DNA of 64,000 nucleotides from Naegleria gruberi (taxonomy: Eukaryota). Every line of letters begins with the position of its first letter. The first letter of the stretch is position 1. The notes under the pieces are model-generated. The model saw nothing but the letters and a program-made list of their open reading frames with translations. It was not told the origin of the DNA and made no database searches. The DNA is taken from NCBI GenBank assembly GCA_000004985.1, contig GG738935.1; one strand, 5' to 3'. The position numbers and the translations under genes were made by a program. Shown here piece by piece: positions 63,120 to 64,000 of the stretch.

Positions 63120-63681
63120 CAATTGTGAAAGACAATGTAATCATTTATGTCTGTTGCCTTACTTTCATCTTTAAGCCGCACCACTGTCAAATATACAAAC
63201 AGCTTGGCTTTCAGATTGGTCAGAGCATAACCGGTTTTCTTGACGGCAACCCCAAAAAGAAGAGAAAGAAGATATTCAACAGGTTTAGGGGGTCGGGATT
63301 TTAATATTCTCATGTCTTGTTTACTATTTGATTGGGAGATGGCAGACAAAAGTTGCCACATTGCATACCAGCAGATTATTCTAAATGTTCTTGAGTTTCC
63401 CTTGTAAATGACGAAAAAGAAGAGAACATTTCCAAGAAATGGTTGTTTGAATTTGTAATTGAGAAACTTGTAACACTCTTCTGGATTCTTCCAAACATTG
63501 TAAAGAATAATTAAATTGTTCTCCTCACTTGCTTGTGAATTGCTTTAGAAATGATGAATGAATTTGAAAAATTCCAACTTACAATACTCTGCTGACGTCC
63601 TGAGTACGTCATACGAAAACATTTCTTACCAACTTGCTTGTTCAATGTTCATTCTCTTTCTATTGTTTAATAGTAGAAAAA

Positions 63682-64000
63682 ATGCTTCAACAACCAACAG
63701 GTTCATCCTCTCAAGTTGATGAAGATGTTGATGATCAACCAAATGAAAATGTTTTAAATGATGTTTCGGAAAGAGTAGTTTCTACTAATAATGTAGATGA
63801 AATAGGACCATTTAAATTGGGTGATTCTTCATTGGATCATGTAACTGATGTTCCCGAAGATGTTTTAATTCTCATATTTTCATTCCTTGAATATAGGGAA
63901 ATTATTTTAAATATTTCATTGGTAAATTCAACCTTTTTGTATACATCGAGGAATGATGCATTGTGGAAACAATTTATTAGAAATAAAAAATTCATCTCAA
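63682..64000 (+). CDS. F-box protein, 3' partial (runs off the window end).
   Basis: ATG 63682; acidic N-terminus then F-box VPEDVLILIFSFLEYREIILNISLVNSTF..ALWKQFI. Confidence 0.55.
   Translation, partial: MLQQPTGSSSQVDEDVDDQPNENVLNDVSERVVSTNNVDEIGPFKLGDSSLDHVTDVPEDVLILIFSFLEYREIILNISLVNSTFLYTSRNDALWKQFIRNKKFIS

Noticed and set aside
63071-63361. 96-aa minus-strand ORF overlapping the 3' end of the 62307 gene
   Set aside because: It overlaps the C-terminus and 3' region of a better-supported plus-strand gene and has no ATG in good context or recognisable motif; kept only as a remote possibility.
1-64000. Search for prokaryotic-type systems (operons, CRISPR repeats, toxin-antitoxin pairs, phage integrases)
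   Set aside because: The sequence is eukaryotic throughout, with spliceosomal introns, eukaryote-specific genes (STT3, ENY2, Sec12, HID1) and nuclear-type tRNAs. No direct-repeat arrays or Shine-Dalgarno spacing were seen, so the notable content is the receptor/channel/transposon region rather than a defence-type island.

Overview
This 64 kb window is AT-rich (about 70% A+T) nuclear DNA from a unicellular eukaryote; it is not prokaryotic. There are no operons, CRISPR arrays or Shine-Dalgarno-type signals. About 40 protein genes and 2 tRNA genes are tightly packed on both strands. Several ORFs are very long and intronless, for example a BEACH-domain gene of more than 10.5 kb. Other genes carry short spliceosomal introns of 41-133 nt, with donors GTAAGT, GTAGGT, GTATGT or GTTTGT and AG acceptors. 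Four scaffold gaps of exactly 50 N are present (22732-22781, 57197-57246, 60191-60240, 62110-62159). The supplied ORF track starts ORFs at TTG/GTG as well as ATG, so several starts were moved to the first in-frame ATG, and several adjacent track ORFs were joined into multi-exon gene models by reading the splice sites directly. Recognisable genes include a BEACH/WD40 giant protein (5' truncated), STT3, 3-hydroxyisobutyrate dehydrogenase, nicotinamidase, RPL10A, Sec12/PREB, HID1, an OXR1-like TLDc protein, a VTE5-like polyprenol kinase, TrmO, ENY2, a CDC34-like E2, NIT2 omega-amidase, three F-box proteins, a GNAT acetyltransferase and an MFS transporter. The most interesting region is 46-57 kb. 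It holds a degenerin/ENaC/ASIC-like channel gene, a receptor-type cyclase-like protein with a Cache-like ectodomain, a small secreted Cys peptide and a 1385-aa GPS-7TM-RGS receptor. Next to this cluster are a pseudokinase and an intron-containing TNP2 (Transposase_21/EnSpm-like) transposase gene bounded by assembly gaps. All functional calls rest on motif recognition by eye; no database search could be run.
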